Source: a virus
Strand: one strand, 5' to 3'
IMG/VR virus record: IMGVR_UViG_3300033567_000021
DNA length: 64,000 nucleotides
Shown: positions 54,081-64,000 of the stretch, piece by piece
Numbering within the stretch: the stretch's first letter is position 1
Layout: every line of letters starts with the position of its first letter
Translations under genes and position numbers: made by a program
The notes under the pieces: model-generated
The model's database searches: none
What the model saw: only the letters and a program-made list of their open reading frames with translations
Told to the model about the DNA's origin: nothing

Positions 54081-55013
54081 TTGAATTCAGATAAAGTGAA
54101 ATTCACATTACTTGAAAATGGAATTGATTTTATATTGTCTGCGTTAGAACGCCTTTCATCAGAACCAACTTCGCGCGATTTAAAATACTCCGTACTTCAT
54201 TTGTGCTCGGGAATTGAACTAATTCTTAAGGAGAGATTAATGAGAGAACACTGGTCTCTAGTTTTCGATAAAATTGAGAGAGCGAAATTATCGGTTATTC
54301 AAAGCGGAGGTAAATTCACCAGCGTGACTTTCATGCCGTGTATTGAAAGGCTTATTCAAATAGGTGGTCTAGAATATCTTGCAGATCATCGAGGAGACCT
54401 AGAACTGTTCCGAGATCGACGTAACCAAATTGAACACTTTGGATTCGTGGATTCCGCCGAAGCAATCAAATCATCCGCCTCGAAGGCATTGAATTTTCTG
54501 TATGACTTTATCCATAGAGAATTACATCCCTCAGATGACCTTTTCGAACAATTAGACGAAATGCTTAAATACCTTCGTGATTTTGAGCACTTCGTCAATG
54601 ACCGTATGATAATCGTTCAGAGGGAAGTTGCCGACTCGTATTCCCCAGTTATGATGTGTCCCAAATGCAGACAATCTGCAATCACCATTGATGCTAATAC
54701 AGCCTTTTGCCACTTTTGTATGTATACAGCTTCAGGTGAAGAAGCAGCCAATGAGTATGTGGAAGAAGTTCTGAATATTAGTTCGTACGAAGCTGCTCAG
54801 GATGGTTGCGACTGGCCGGTGTATGATTGTCCGGAATGCGGTAGAGATTCACTGGTTCATAATGATAATGAATTCACATGTTTTTCTTGCGGATCAAATT
54901 GGGAATTCCCGAATATGCGGTTCTGTGAATCATGTCGTTCTCCTTTTTCAACGAATTTCGATAAACATGATTTTATGTGTTCCGCATGCTGGGAAATTAA
55001 GATCCAACAATAA
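54081..55013 (+). CDS. HEPN-like (RxxxxH) protein with tandem zinc ribbons
   Basis: HLCSGIELILKERL, RNQIEH; six CxxC pairs (CPKC, CHFC, CPEC, CFSC, CESC, CSAC); AT-rich. Confidence 0.75.
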   Translation: MNSDKVKFTLLENGIDFILSALERLSSEPTSRDLKYSVLHLCSGIELILKERLMREHWSLVFDKIERAKLSVIQSGGKFTSVTFMPCIERLIQIGGLEYLADHRGDLELFRDRRNQIEHFGFVDSAEAIKSSASKALNFLYDFIHRELHPSDDLFEQLDEMLKYLRDFEHFVNDRMIIVQREVADSYSPVMMCPKCRQSAITIDANTAFCHFCMYTASGEEAANEYVEEVLNISSYEAAQDGCDWPVYDCPECGRDSLVHNDNEFTCFSCGSNWEFPNMRFCESCRSPFSTNFDKHDFMCSACWEIKIQQ

Positions 55014-55116
55014 TTTTAACGACCGCCACAAGGACCAAGCGTAACGTGATTCAATACAGTGGTAGATTACATTCGGTACGAGGCAACATGAAGCTTTGAA
55101 TAATCGAGGTGACCAT

Positions 55117-55344
55117 ATGTTCGAAGGGGTTTCGGATTCACAGCTCGAATCGTGGTTCGACGAATACGAGGAACTTGCTCGGAAACTGCACCAGACCGCT
55201 GCTGAGGTCGCGAATAGCGGAGTGCCAAACGCGATGCTTGCGTTTAGAAAGCTGAATGAAGAAGCTGGCGAATGGAGTACGAAGGCGGGTGCCATTGTCG
55301 AAGAGATGCGCAGACGGGGACACAAGCTGTTTCCAAATGGATAA
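55117..55344 (+). CDS. Repeat copy of 708-935
   Basis: Identical at +54409. Confidence 0.65.
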   Translation: MFEGVSDSQLESWFDEYEELARKLHQTAAEVANSGVPNAMLAFRKLNEEAGEWSTKAGAIVEEMRRRGHKLFPNG

Positions 55345-55399
55345 CACATATGAAAATAATAAAATACATTATTCACAAAATTGAAGATTACTCAGGCGG

Positions 55400-55858
55400 T
55401 TAATAAAAACTCACTTGAACTATTACATATGACCAATTTTGTATTCCTGTGAAGGAAGCTGCTTGAAATACTTGTTGGTCTGACGGGTTCAAATTCATAG
55501 ATTCAAACGAGTTATATGTTTCAGTACCCAATACTCCCTCGTTGGAACCTTCAAAAATAAGTTTTATTGTTTGCACAGAGTGCTTCTTATTATCAGCATT
55601 GGATATTAGACCATTAGTAATTCTGTCTGATGTTTGATTCATATTCGATATATAAAAATCCGGTAATTTAATGCCCGTTTCAAACTGAGCAATGTCCAAC
55701 TTGTCCGACTCTGTATGGAGTGAAGGAACTGCTGTAGCGGCCTGACTTTGGTTTTTTTCTGGTTGCGCGTTTTTGGAATACAAGTATCCTCCAACACCTC
55801 CAAGTCCTAGAACAATGATTCCAGCTAACAAGCTGATTGCAATTGTCGTACCCTTCAT
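55400..55858 (-). CDS. Repeat copy of 991-1449 (exported moron protein)
   Basis: Identical translation. Confidence 0.75.
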   Translation of the reverse strand: MKGTTIAISLLAGIIVLGLGGVGGYLYSKNAQPEKNQSQAATAVPSLHTESDKLDIAQFETGIKLPDFYISNMNQTSDRITNGLISNADNKKHSVQTIKLIFEGSNEGVLGTETYNSFESMNLNPSDQQVFQAASFTGIQNWSYVIVQVSFY

Positions 55859-56031
55859 ATTTTATCCTCCAACACATTATATTGAAGGAAATTGTATACT
55901 AAAGAGGCAATAAAATCGACATATTTTTAATACCCTGCATGATTTGCAAAATATCGCTAATCGCTGGGGGTCGTTCTATTAATAAACGGACATCCCATAG
56001 GATGCCCGTTGCGACGAATATATAAGTTAAA

Positions 56032-56541
56032 TTATTTCACGCCGAGGCCATGCTGAACAGCTATGACATCTGAATTGTGGTCTATCCATACTTGAATGAA
56101 GTCATCTTGTCCTGTACCAACGGCCTTAACAAGAAAATATTGTCCATTTGAACCGGTTCTACCTGGAATAAGTTGTTCAATTGCCTTCCAATTCAAATCT
56201 CCGGCGCCCGCCCAATTTGTAGTTGGACCAAAATATTGCCCGACATGAATATTATTAAACTCAGTCAATGTTAGCTGTTCGACAACCGGTACTGGTTGCG
56301 ACATATAGTAAGTGAATAATGTCTCTCCGAGGACGTCCGAAGAACTTGTATCAGGAAGTATACCTTTCGTAATTACAATTGGTTCAACCTTATCCCCAGA
56401 AACAACCTCAAGTTGTGTAACCTTTTTCTGCAACAGAGTCTGTAACGCGTCGATTACGTGGTTGGAGTTAAAAGCAAATACAGTTGCTCCAGATAGCGCT
56501 GTTGTTATCAAAGCGGAAACGAATACCCTCTTCATTTCCAA
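56032..56541 (-). CDS. Repeat copy of 1623-2132 (secreted moron protein)
   Basis: Identical translation. Confidence 0.75.
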   Translation of the reverse strand: MEMKRVFVSALITTALSGATVFAFNSNHVIDALQTLLQKKVTQLEVVSGDKVEPIVITKGILPDTSSSDVLGETLFTYYMSQPVPVVEQLTLTEFNNIHVGQYFGPTTNWAGAGDLNWKAIEQLIPGRTGSNGQYFLVKAVGTGQDDFIQVWIDHNSDVIAVQHGLGVK

Positions 56542-56669
56542 TCAAATACCCCCTTCACTCTGAATCCAATAATTGCACAAAAAAGCTTTAGAATATGTCG
56601 AAGCATGGAATGATAATATGTAAATTCGAACCCCCAACCGTATGGTTGAGGGGTGTTTAACGTTTGCTG

Positions 56670-57185
56670 TTACGCTGTAGCCATTGTTTGTGCTGTGGCA
56701 GCCGCAGCAATATCCGCCGCAAACTGGTTAGCTGACACAATGTACGGCACCTGTGCAACAACTTCCGATGCCTTCTGCACAGCGTCCAACGCCTGTGTAA
56801 TCTCCATTTTCGTTACGTGCCACTCTGTCGGAACCAGTGTCGATATGTGCAGCGTAAGTGCCTCAACTTGCCCTGGCGTGAGTTCCGACAACGACTTACC
56901 CATCGCTAGCAATCCCTGCGCCGCATACTGGCCGAGCGTGGTTTTGCGTATGTCGGTCAGTGCTGAATCCAGCTGACTCTGGAGGTGTACCTCTGCAACT
57001 TTTGCAGCTGGTGAACTTACGAGGTCCGTCACCAGTGTTTCCGCTCCTTTTGTGATTTCACCAACGTGTGCCCCGAGAAACGTGGCAACCTTCTGCAGCA
57101 ATCCTTTGTGCGTGAGATACGCCGCGAGTGAGCCTACGCCTGCAGATACTACAGCACCAATGCCGTCTACGATAACTGTGTTCAT
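56670..57185 (-). CDS. Repeat copy of putative holin
   Basis: Identical translation. Confidence 0.5.
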   Translation of the reverse strand: MNTVIVDGIGAVVSAGVGSLAAYLTHKGLLQKVATFLGAHVGEITKGAETLVTDLVSSPAAKVAEVHLQSQLDSALTDIRKTTLGQYAAQGLLAMGKSLSELTPGQVEALTLHISTLVPTEWHVTKMEITQALDAVQKASEVVAQVPYIVSANQFAADIAAAATAQTMATA

Positions 57186-57200
57186 TGATAATAGCCTCCC

Positions 57201-57899
57201 TTATGATTGGAGCAATTTAATTGCGTCCTGCATCTTCGCGACAGCCAACGGGATGTTCGCGTTCGTCGGTTGTGTCGCTGGATCCGTCACAGTAAACTGC
57301 CACTCACCGCTAATGTTTTCTTTTTTGAATCCCGATAAAGATTCTAAATCCGTCCACAGAACGTACGTGTCATTGCCTTCTACCACTGCCGCGAATTCCT
57401 TCCCGTTAACTTTAACTTTAGTTTGTTGCAAGTTATCTACCTCCCTTGCTTGTTGGTCATATTGCGCCAAGTTGTATTGCTGAATAATACTAAGCAACAC
57501 CGCGGCGTAATTGGGATCCGTTGCGTAGTGGTCTGTTCCGCCGATGAGTTGGCACGATGTCTTGTAATCAGCGCCAATGAGATTGAGATAGCGCGGTTGC
57601 AATAAGAAACCATCATGGTCCTCTAAGCATGCTTGGATGGAAGGGTAGGCGCGGAACGCAGCGGAAATCGTAATCCATTGACCGTTTACATACTCTTTGG
57701 TCAACTGCATAGTGGCTGGACCACGCCAGCTTTCGTCGGCCTTAATCCCAAAGATGTTGTTACCCATCGCCAATGCGGTCTTACCCCACCCACTCTCGAG
57801 GGCACCCTGGGCAATTATGAGCGCAGCGCTGATTTTGTGAGCACGCATAAAAGCCACCGCCGAGGGGGCGATGGCCGCAATGAACTGCTGTGGTGTCAC
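57201..57899 (-). CDS. Repeat copy of GH73 endolysin
   Basis: Identical translation. Confidence 0.9.
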   Translation of the reverse strand: MTPQQFIAAIAPSAVAFMRAHKISAALIIAQGALESGWGKTALAMGNNIFGIKADESWRGPATMQLTKEYVNGQWITISAAFRAYPSIQACLEDHDGFLLQPRYLNLIGADYKTSCQLIGGTDHYATDPNYAAVLLSIIQQYNLAQYDQQAREVDNLQQTKVKVNGKEFAAVVEGNDTYVLWTDLESLSGFKKENISGEWQFTVTDPATQPTNANIPLAVAKMQDAIKLLQS

Positions 57900-57919
57900 C
57901 GGAATTTCCTCCTCACGCT

Positions 57920-58465
57920 TTATTGCTTCACGTCATTGCCTAATTGATAACGCTGATCATTCGCCAATATCCACGTCCATGACTGCTCGAATATCCCGTC
58001 AAGGTACGCGGCATAATCAGGCCAATCCGAAAATGTAACGGTGTTGATTTGTTTGAAAGCAGACGGACTGTAATTCAGACTGCCATCCTCAACGAACCGG
58101 CTATCAATCCACGTTGCTTTGATGTGGATGATTTGACCCGCTTCCGGACTTGTCCCAATAACAAAATCCTCGCCATCCTTCCAGCCAGCAACTATTAGTC
58201 GTTGAATCTGTGGATGCTCTGCGTGTCCCGCTGATTGCGTGTGGTCGAATATCACCTTGATGTCGATTCCGCGTGCTTTGGCGGCTATCAGGGCATCAAA
58301 AAATAACGCCAGTGTGGCCCCGTAGATCATGGTCCGCATTTTCGTTTTTGCAGTTCCGAGGAACGCCGAAAAAGCCTTGATGCCGTCTGCATAAGGTGTA
58401 ACAAGACGTGTTTGTTCGGGCGTTCCCTTGATGACTCCGAGCGCACCTAATATTTCTTGCATCAA
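57920..58465 (-). CDS. Repeat copy of PLD-family protein
   Basis: Identical translation. Confidence 0.85.
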   Translation of the reverse strand: MMQEILGALGVIKGTPEQTRLVTPYADGIKAFSAFLGTAKTKMRTMIYGATLALFFDALIAAKARGIDIKVIFDHTQSAGHAEHPQIQRLIVAGWKDGEDFVIGTSPEAGQIIHIKATWIDSRFVEDGSLNYSPSAFKQINTVTFSDWPDYAAYLDGIFEQSWTWILANDQRYQLGNDVKQ

Positions 58466-58866
58466 AACAACCTCCGTTTCTCTGGATGCGTAAGCAATTC
58501 GAGTGCACCAAGCAACTGTCGATGCCGTTGTTCAGCTTGTGCATGTAATTCTTTGACCTGCGCCAATTCTTCAACCAACACCGCTTGCATGTTGCGTACC
58601 GCCTCAAACTCCCCAAGAACGGCATCGTGCGTCTCTGTCAGAACCTTATTTGTTCGGTCTCCCTGTTGGTTGCTCACGAAGGCAAGCACAGGCAGTGCAA
58701 CACCTTGAAAAAATATCGACACAACGAAAAGCACCCATCCTTGCGCGCCCGTGGGACGCTGTAAGACGAGTGCTAACAGGATAAGAAGTGTCAATACCCA
58801 GAACACCCACATCGAAGACAACATGAGCGACATGCGCCCTGCCAACCAATCATTGAAACGCCTCAT
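58462..58866 (-). CDS. Repeat copy of two-TM membrane protein
   Basis: Identical translation. Confidence 0.6.
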   Translation of the reverse strand: MRRFNDWLAGRMSLMLSSMWVFWVLTLLILLALVLQRPTGAQGWVLFVVSIFFQGVALPVLAFVSNQQGDRTNKVLTETHDAVLGEFEAVRNMQAVLVEELAQVKELHAQAEQRHRQLLGALELLTHPEKRRLF

Positions 58867-58870
58867 CCCA

Positions 58871-59227
58871 TCATCCCTTCACGTGCCCTGTAAGTACATA
58901 CGTGATGAGTCCCACAATCAGCGCACCGCCTCCGGTGAATGTCATTGTGACACCCCACGTTGGACGCGATAGCCATTTTTCGCGCAGTTCGATGATGTCG
59001 CCGGAATTCTTGCGAATCGCCAATTCCAATTCGTCCACTTGTTTTGCGTGTAACTCCGATTGCTTTTCGATTTCTTCGCGCGGAACATAGTCCTTGTGCA
59101 TATTCCCGATGCTTGTGAGGAACGCCGCGATACTGTTTTTCACTTCGGCCATATCGCGTCCGATGCCGGATATCTGTTCCTCCAATCGTACCAACCTTTC
59201 TCCGTCCAAACTTTTTGTCGCCTCCAA
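58871..59227 (-). CDS. Repeat copy of XhlA-like protein
   Basis: Identical translation. Confidence 0.55.
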   Translation of the reverse strand: MEATKSLDGERLVRLEEQISGIGRDMAEVKNSIAAFLTSIGNMHKDYVPREEIEKQSELHAKQVDELELAIRKNSGDIIELREKWLSRPTWGVTMTFTGGGALIVGLITYVLTGHVKG

Positions 59228-59252
59228 TTGGTTGCCCCCTTACCCCATGTTG

Positions 59253-59771
59253 CTAACGGATTTTTACCTCGTATTTTTCGACACCATGGTAAACGTCCTG
59301 TGGTGTAGGTGGCGGCCACGGCAGAACACCATTGAAACCTCCGCGAATCATTATGGATGTTGTGAGTGGTGAACAGTAAGGCCAGTGCTTATTTGCCCAC
59401 GCGACGAACCACCGTGGCAGGTGCACTTGTTGCCGCGATACGATACGAAGGATTTGGTCGATTATCCCGATCCAACCGTACAATCTGCCGACTTGCGTTT
59501 TTCTCGCCCAATCGAGAGCGGCCGGCAACTTTTTGCGGTCGTAGGGTGGCCGGAACGTGACGAAATTGCCGTAGTCGATGGGCTTGATTTCGGTGTGCTT
59601 GCCATCCGCTTCGATTTTGTAGAACGGGTCCAGCGCGATGGCTGAGTGGTGGAACTCCCGGTCTTCCGGACCATCCTCGAGAACCTCGCCTGCGTCAATG
59701 GCGCGCGAAGTGAAACTGGTGCTACGGTCATACAAAAGGACGTCACCCGGCTGACAGTAAAACTGTTTCAT
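59253..59771 (-). CDS. Repeat copy of permuted papain-like amidase
   Basis: Identical translation. Confidence 0.75.
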   Translation of the reverse strand: MKQFYCQPGDVLLYDRSTSFTSRAIDAGEVLEDGPEDREFHHSAIALDPFYKIEADGKHTEIKPIDYGNFVTFRPPYDRKKLPAALDWARKTQVGRLYGWIGIIDQILRIVSRQQVHLPRWFVAWANKHWPYCSPLTTSIMIRGGFNGVLPWPPPTPQDVYHGVEKYEVKIR

Positions 59772-59868
59772 GGTTACACCTCCGATTTTGGGCATAAAAA
59801 TAGCGCCTCAATGGGCGCTGTATCTATTAGTCCAGTCTCTCAGTTGGTGGAACGCTAAGACAGAAAAA

Positions 59869-60372
59869 TTACATCCAGTCCGGTTCCAGAATTTTGATTC
59901 GTGCTCTTAATGCGTGAATGAGGGGACCAGACGTGGGAAATCCGGTGAATTTCTTTTGATAACTGTATCGCCACTTCTTAAATGCTTCGCTAGTTTCCTG
60001 AAGAACACTAACGAGGTCGAGTTTAGTATCCGGAACTTTTTCTAGTAAAGTTTTGACCACAGGGTCTTGCTGAGCAGACAAATCATAGATCATTGTAACG
60101 ACTACCCTACTTTCCTCACTGAGTAATGCAAACAGTTCAGCCAATCCATGCGTGAATGGGGCGGGTTTCCCATTCTCTATCATGTAGATACATTTCAAAA
60201 ACAGCTCAATTGCAAAGGAAGACAAGGTGATAAACGGAGCGATGTACATACCTATATCGTTTGTCTGCTTCAGTTTTTCAACTACAGCCTGCGACGCGGC
60301 TTCGAAGCTATTTGCTGTGTCCAAAATATCTTTCGCCGTATAATCCATTTTTCGCGTGACCCCCACAATCAA
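59869..60372 (-). CDS. Repeat copy of HEPN moron
   Basis: Identical translation. Confidence 0.65.
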   Translation of the reverse strand: MIVGVTRKMDYTAKDILDTANSFEAASQAVVEKLKQTNDIGMYIAPFITLSSFAIELFLKCIYMIENGKPAPFTHGLAELFALLSEESRVVVTMIYDLSAQQDPVVKTLLEKVPDTKLDLVSVLQETSEAFKKWRYSYQKKFTGFPTSGPLIHALRARIKILEPDWM

Positions 60373-60429
60373 TCGTAATATTGCTATTTTACTCCTTTCA
60401 AATTTTTTAGGGTCCGCGTGTAAAAAGTC

Positions 60430-61308
60430 TTACATCAGTTCCGGGATTGATTGCAAATCTGCCATGTACTGCTCGTAAGCCTTAAACGACTTCGCAAGGT
60501 CTGCCGCGTAATCTTGGTACTGTAGTTGCTTCGCTCCGCCGCTCGGATAAGCGTTGGCCAACGTCGTGTACAGGTTTGGCAACACGTTCGCCTTGATGTC
60601 CGCGACAGCGTTCTGTTGATTCGCCGTCAGCGTGGCGGTTGAAGCAGGAAGTAGTACATTGAAAACAACGTCCGTCAACAGGCTGACCGCCGTTCCGATG
60701 TCGGCTAGTAATGCTTGTAATGTAGCGGGTGATAGCGCGTAGAACGATGCGAGAAACGTCTTGCTTCCTGGACCCGTCGGCGCAACTGTAGGCGCGCCAC
60801 CTGGGGGCGTGTAGACTTGCAAGGCGACTGATGATTGAGTATTGCCGCCGATTGATACTGGTCGGCTTGTAGCGCATCCCGTTGCACCGGCTGTGACGTG
60901 AATAGTTGCGTTTACGAGACTGGCGTGGACGCCGACCGTTAGCGTCGCTGTGAATGGCGCGATCGTTGTCAGTGCAACCGTTTCAGTCGTTCCGTTGATC
61001 GTTATCGTTGCATTTGTCGGAGGCGTCGCTGACGGATTGTTCAGCGTTGCCGTAACCACCCATTGATTCGTCACGGTCGTTGATTCTACCGCCGCTACCG
61101 TAAAGTATGGCTGCTCAACTAATGCCGCCGGCGACCCCTGCGCGAGATAGCGCTCTGGGTACGTGTAAGCCATGACGACCGTTGGCGATGCTGTTGATTG
61201 GTCATACGGTCCAAGGACACCCATTTCAGAAACTTGTGGGGCTTGCTCTCCGATCGGCGCTGGGTAAACAGTGCCGTTTGTTTTGTCATAAGTGAACCAG
61301 TAGTTCAT
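60430..61308 (-). CDS. Repeat copy of tail fibre-associated protein
   Basis: Identical translation. Confidence 0.5.
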   Translation of the reverse strand: MNYWFTYDKTNGTVYPAPIGEQAPQVSEMGVLGPYDQSTASPTVVMAYTYPERYLAQGSPAALVEQPYFTVAAVESTTVTNQWVVTATLNNPSATPPTNATITINGTTETVALTTIAPFTATLTVGVHASLVNATIHVTAGATGCATSRPVSIGGNTQSSVALQVYTPPGGAPTVAPTGPGSKTFLASFYALSPATLQALLADIGTAVSLLTDVVFNVLLPASTATLTANQQNAVADIKANVLPNLYTTLANAYPSGGAKQLQYQDYAADLAKSFKAYEQYMADLQSIPELM

Positions 61309-61329
61309 ATCGTTATACCTCCTTGTTTT

Positions 61330-62064
61330 TTACCACCATATCTGACAGTATCCATCTGCGCCTTTGCCGCCAGTTCCGTTAAGGGGGCCACCTGTGCCTC
61401 CTGCACCTTTTGTTCCGCTTCCTCCTGACGCAAAGAAAGAATCACCAGACCCGCTAATGTAATAGGTTGAAGATTCATACCCGTCGGTATTTTCACCGCT
61501 TGCGACAAACACGCCGCCACTATGCCCCCCGGTCTGCTGTGGTGCAGAATACCCAGGACCACCACCAACGCCTCCGTTCCCTGTTAGTGTCGCAGAATTC
61601 CCACTAGGCGAGAATGTGGAATTAGTGCCAGCGCTACCTGACGCGTTAGCCGCCCCAGGCGCTCCGCCAGAACCAAGCGCGATTGTATACTGCGCTCCTG
61701 GTGTTACGCTTAACACCCCGACCGCCGTACCTCCTGGCGCACCCATACGACCGCCGATCGAACTGTTACCGCCACCGCCGCCACCGCCACCACCACATAT
61801 CGCAGCCACAATTTGTGTTACATCTGTGGGAACAGTAAATGTATAAGTTCCTGCTGTGGAGTAGGTTACATTGCCGTGAGGGGTATTCGCCACGCTTCCA
61901 CCCGCATAGTACCCAGATGTGATGCTTGCACCGGGGTGCAGTGTCGGGCTACCATTATTCGGCATACTCCCCGAAATTGGACCACTCGACACACTTGCTG
62001 TATACCCACTTAACAAATCAGCCGCCGTAGCGTTCCCGCTTGCTCCCCCAATTTGGTCAGCCAT
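61330..62064 (-). CDS. Repeat copy of Gly-rich tail fibre protein
   Basis: Identical translation. Confidence 0.7.
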   Translation of the reverse strand: MADQIGGASGNATAADLLSGYTASVSSGPISGSMPNNGSPTLHPGASITSGYYAGGSVANTPHGNVTYSTAGTYTFTVPTDVTQIVAAICGGGGGGGGGNSSIGGRMGAPGGTAVGVLSVTPGAQYTIALGSGGAPGAANASGSAGTNSTFSPSGNSATLTGNGGVGGGPGYSAPQQTGGHSGGVFVASGENTDGYESSTYYISGSGDSFFASGGSGTKGAGGTGGPLNGTGGKGADGYCQIWW

Positions 62065-63839
62065 TATGCAACACCTACCAATGCGCCTGTGACGTAGACT
62101 TGATTTGCTGTGCCAGCCGTAACCGTTAAAGTGATAGGCGTTCCTGCGACCGCTTCAAAATCGTAGGCGATTACGCCATGACTACCCACCGCAAGGGATT
62201 GAGCGTTGAGTGCAGGCGGCGTATATGGTTGCGCTCCGCCGGAGTCAGCAAAAGCGATTGTCAGAGTGACGGTTGTTGCCGCTGTGACGACACGCAAGTA
62301 CGATTTGATTGAGTACAGACCACTCGTTGTTGGCATGAAAGTGAGTATCGTTTGCGCAGCTGTTGAAGTGACTTCCACATTTTTTGCAGATGTGAGTGTC
62401 GCACTCACACCGAATGAACCTGCTGTGGTTTGTCCTGCGACTTGTAAGACGGGGTGGGCAAATTGTAACCCGACTACGTTACCGCTCGCATCGGTTTGCC
62501 ACCCTAAAGCTAAATCACTAGGCTCCGATGTTTTTCCTGTGCCGAACCATAGATTGTTACCTCCGTCAACATTCGATACGATAAATCGTCCTGGATTTCC
62601 CGTGAAATTTTCCCACTGGCTGTCCGCAGTTGACACCGCTACGGGATTCCCACTTACAGGTGCAACAGAGATTTCTACTGTACCGAGTGCGGTTGTCGTT
62701 GCAGCAACTACTGGAGGTATAGGCAGATTGACCATTTTGCTTCCATCTACTGCAGTTGCACTGTGAAAAAATCCAACGGTCGTCGGCCTCTCGTCCGTGA
62801 CTGCAGACACATTACCAGAGGCATCTGTTGTAACCTGCGCAATAGGTACATATCCAGTCTGCGTACTATGCGCCGTTCCCCACGATGTTGTTCCGTCCGG
62901 ATTGTAGTCTAGGTAGTAAGTGGTAGATGCGGTTGCCGTTGCGAAAGTTGCAGAAGGAAAGGAAATCCTATCGCCACTCGCAAAGTACAGAATTGCCGCC
63001 GTGACATCTAGTTGGGTCGCCGTGGTTGCATCTTTCGTCGCAACTGCACCCGACAGAACAACTGATGTCGAACCGAACACGTCGGATACAACAGGCTTTG
63101 TCTGCACCACGTTTTTATTCGCGTCAAGTGTTGCCACGCCGTTTGCCGCGCCTTCTGCTGTGGCGAGGATATACGTGTCACTCGGAATGTTTGCGGTGAC
63201 GCTCGTGGCGTTTCCGACCGCTGTGTTGATTTGGAATTGCCGTGAAAAGGGACCATCTGCGTAAGGCGGTATCGTATCTCCGTTTGCATTGGCATTGGCG
63301 TATGCATAGAGGATTTCACCTGCTGTAGGGTCCTGAGCAAACAAACCAATTTCACAAGTATAAGTAGACGTCGTTAATTTTGTGTTCTGATACACCCCGC
63401 GAATAACTGCCGTGTTGCTTGTGTCACTGATGGAATTGATATTGAAGTAGTCAATCGGAGAAATGAGCGCGGTTAGGGATGCTTCGTTCTCGGTGATTGC
63501 GAGTGAAGTGCCAACTGTATAATTGGCGTTTGCCGTGAAGGACGCAACAGGAATGGATGTCGCACCTGATGCCGCTTGTGCACTGGCCGTCACGGTTTGC
63601 GTTGTAGCCCCCGATCCAATGACGATTGAACTTCCGCTCAGAACCTCGGCTGACAGCGCGCTCACCGAAAGGCTAGTGTACGTTGCTCCGGAAGTGAGCG
63701 CAGCAGATAGTGTTGCAGATGTTACGAGTTCCCCGCCCCCAATTTGGAAACGTGTGAATTGCAACGCTGTTCCGGTCTGAACTTTACCATATAAGGTTTG
63801 TCCAGCTTGCGTGATGATCATGTTGCCGTAGGTAGCCAA
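62064..63839 (-). CDS. Repeat copy of tail fibre protein
   Basis: Identical translation. Confidence 0.8.
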   Translation of the reverse strand: MATYGNMIITQAGQTLYGKVQTGTALQFTRFQIGGGELVTSATLSAALTSGATYTSLSVSALSAEVLSGSSIVIGSGATTQTVTASAQAASGATSIPVASFTANANYTVGTSLAITENEASLTALISPIDYFNINSISDTSNTAVIRGVYQNTKLTTSTYTCEIGLFAQDPTAGEILYAYANANANGDTIPPYADGPFSRQFQINTAVGNATSVTANIPSDTYILATAEGAANGVATLDANKNVVQTKPVVSDVFGSTSVVLSGAVATKDATTATQLDVTAAILYFASGDRISFPSATFATATASTTYYLDYNPDGTTSWGTAHSTQTGYVPIAQVTTDASGNVSAVTDERPTTVGFFHSATAVDGSKMVNLPIPPVVAATTTALGTVEISVAPVSGNPVAVSTADSQWENFTGNPGRFIVSNVDGGNNLWFGTGKTSEPSDLALGWQTDASGNVVGLQFAHPVLQVAGQTTAGSFGVSATLTSAKNVEVTSTAAQTILTFMPTTSGLYSIKSYLRVVTAATTVTLTIAFADSGGAQPYTPPALNAQSLAVGSHGVIAYDFEAVAGTPITLTVTAGTANQVYVTGALVGVA

Positions 63840-64000
63840 TCAACGTACCTCCTTTACTTTCATCAAGCTGGAGCCTGAGTTGTAATGTTGTAATAGTCGA
63901 TGCCGCTAACAAACGCACCAAAATACTCTGTTTGGTTAATCGTCGTGTTGGCAATAACGGAAAGTGTGACTCCCATTGGTTTCGGTATGATGAGACCAGC

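Larger units (their letters stand above)
1..54409. mobile_element. Complete temperate myovirus-type phage genome, circular unit of 54,409 bp
   Basis: Terminase, portal, capsid, sheath, tube, baseplate, lysis, replication, repressor and serine integrase modules are all present once; sequence returns to base 1 at 54410; no host housekeeping genes. Confidence 0.93.
54410..64000 (+). repeat. Direct repeat of bases 1-9591 (offset 54,409)
   Basis: ccgagatcgacgtaacc occurs at 1 and 54410; window end atgagaccagc matches 9581-9591; every ORF of 1-9.4 kb recurs with identical translation at +54409. Confidence 0.97.

Noticed and set aside
1-64000. tRNA, rRNA or CRISPR array
   Set aside because: No cloverleaf with T-loop/anticodon geometry, rRNA-like tract or repeat-spacer array seen by eye; tRNAscan-SE and a CRISPR finder were not run.

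Overview
The window is one complete 54,409-bp temperate phage genome (contractile-tailed, myovirus-type) of a spore-forming Bacillota host. An Alicyclobacillaceae-like host is an inference only. Bases 54410-64000 repeat bases 1-9591, so the sequence is a circular or concatemeric form read past its own start. No host chromosomal genes are visible. On the minus strand the late region runs ArpU-type activator, terS/terL, portal, head, neck, sheath/tube, tape measure, baseplate, tail fibres and lysis. The early region carries a SbcC-like ATPase, RecT, MBL hydrolase, DnaD-type initiator, J-domain protein, PAPS-reductase family protein, RecU and MazG. The lysogeny module has Cro/CI, a LexA-boxed ImmA operon, a large serine integrase and an intact attP-like site. 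Strongest observations: (1) One ~70-aa Lys/Arg-free domain is inserted in frame into four different virion proteins (capsid cement, tail sheath, baseplate J, tail fibre); two copies share 30 identical bp. (2) Beside attP lies a minimal secretion-like module of two pilin-like proteins and a VirB4/VirD4-type ATPase, next to sigmaE-like promoters, a 26-aa peptide and a candidate sRNA. (3) Candidate defence cargo includes a HipA-like kinase + DUF3037-like pair, two HEPN proteins and a Cas2-like moron. (4) A PLD-family enzyme sits inside the lysis cassette. (5) A structured ~320-nt late leader RNA follows the late promoter. Family names come from motif recognition by eye, not from database searches.
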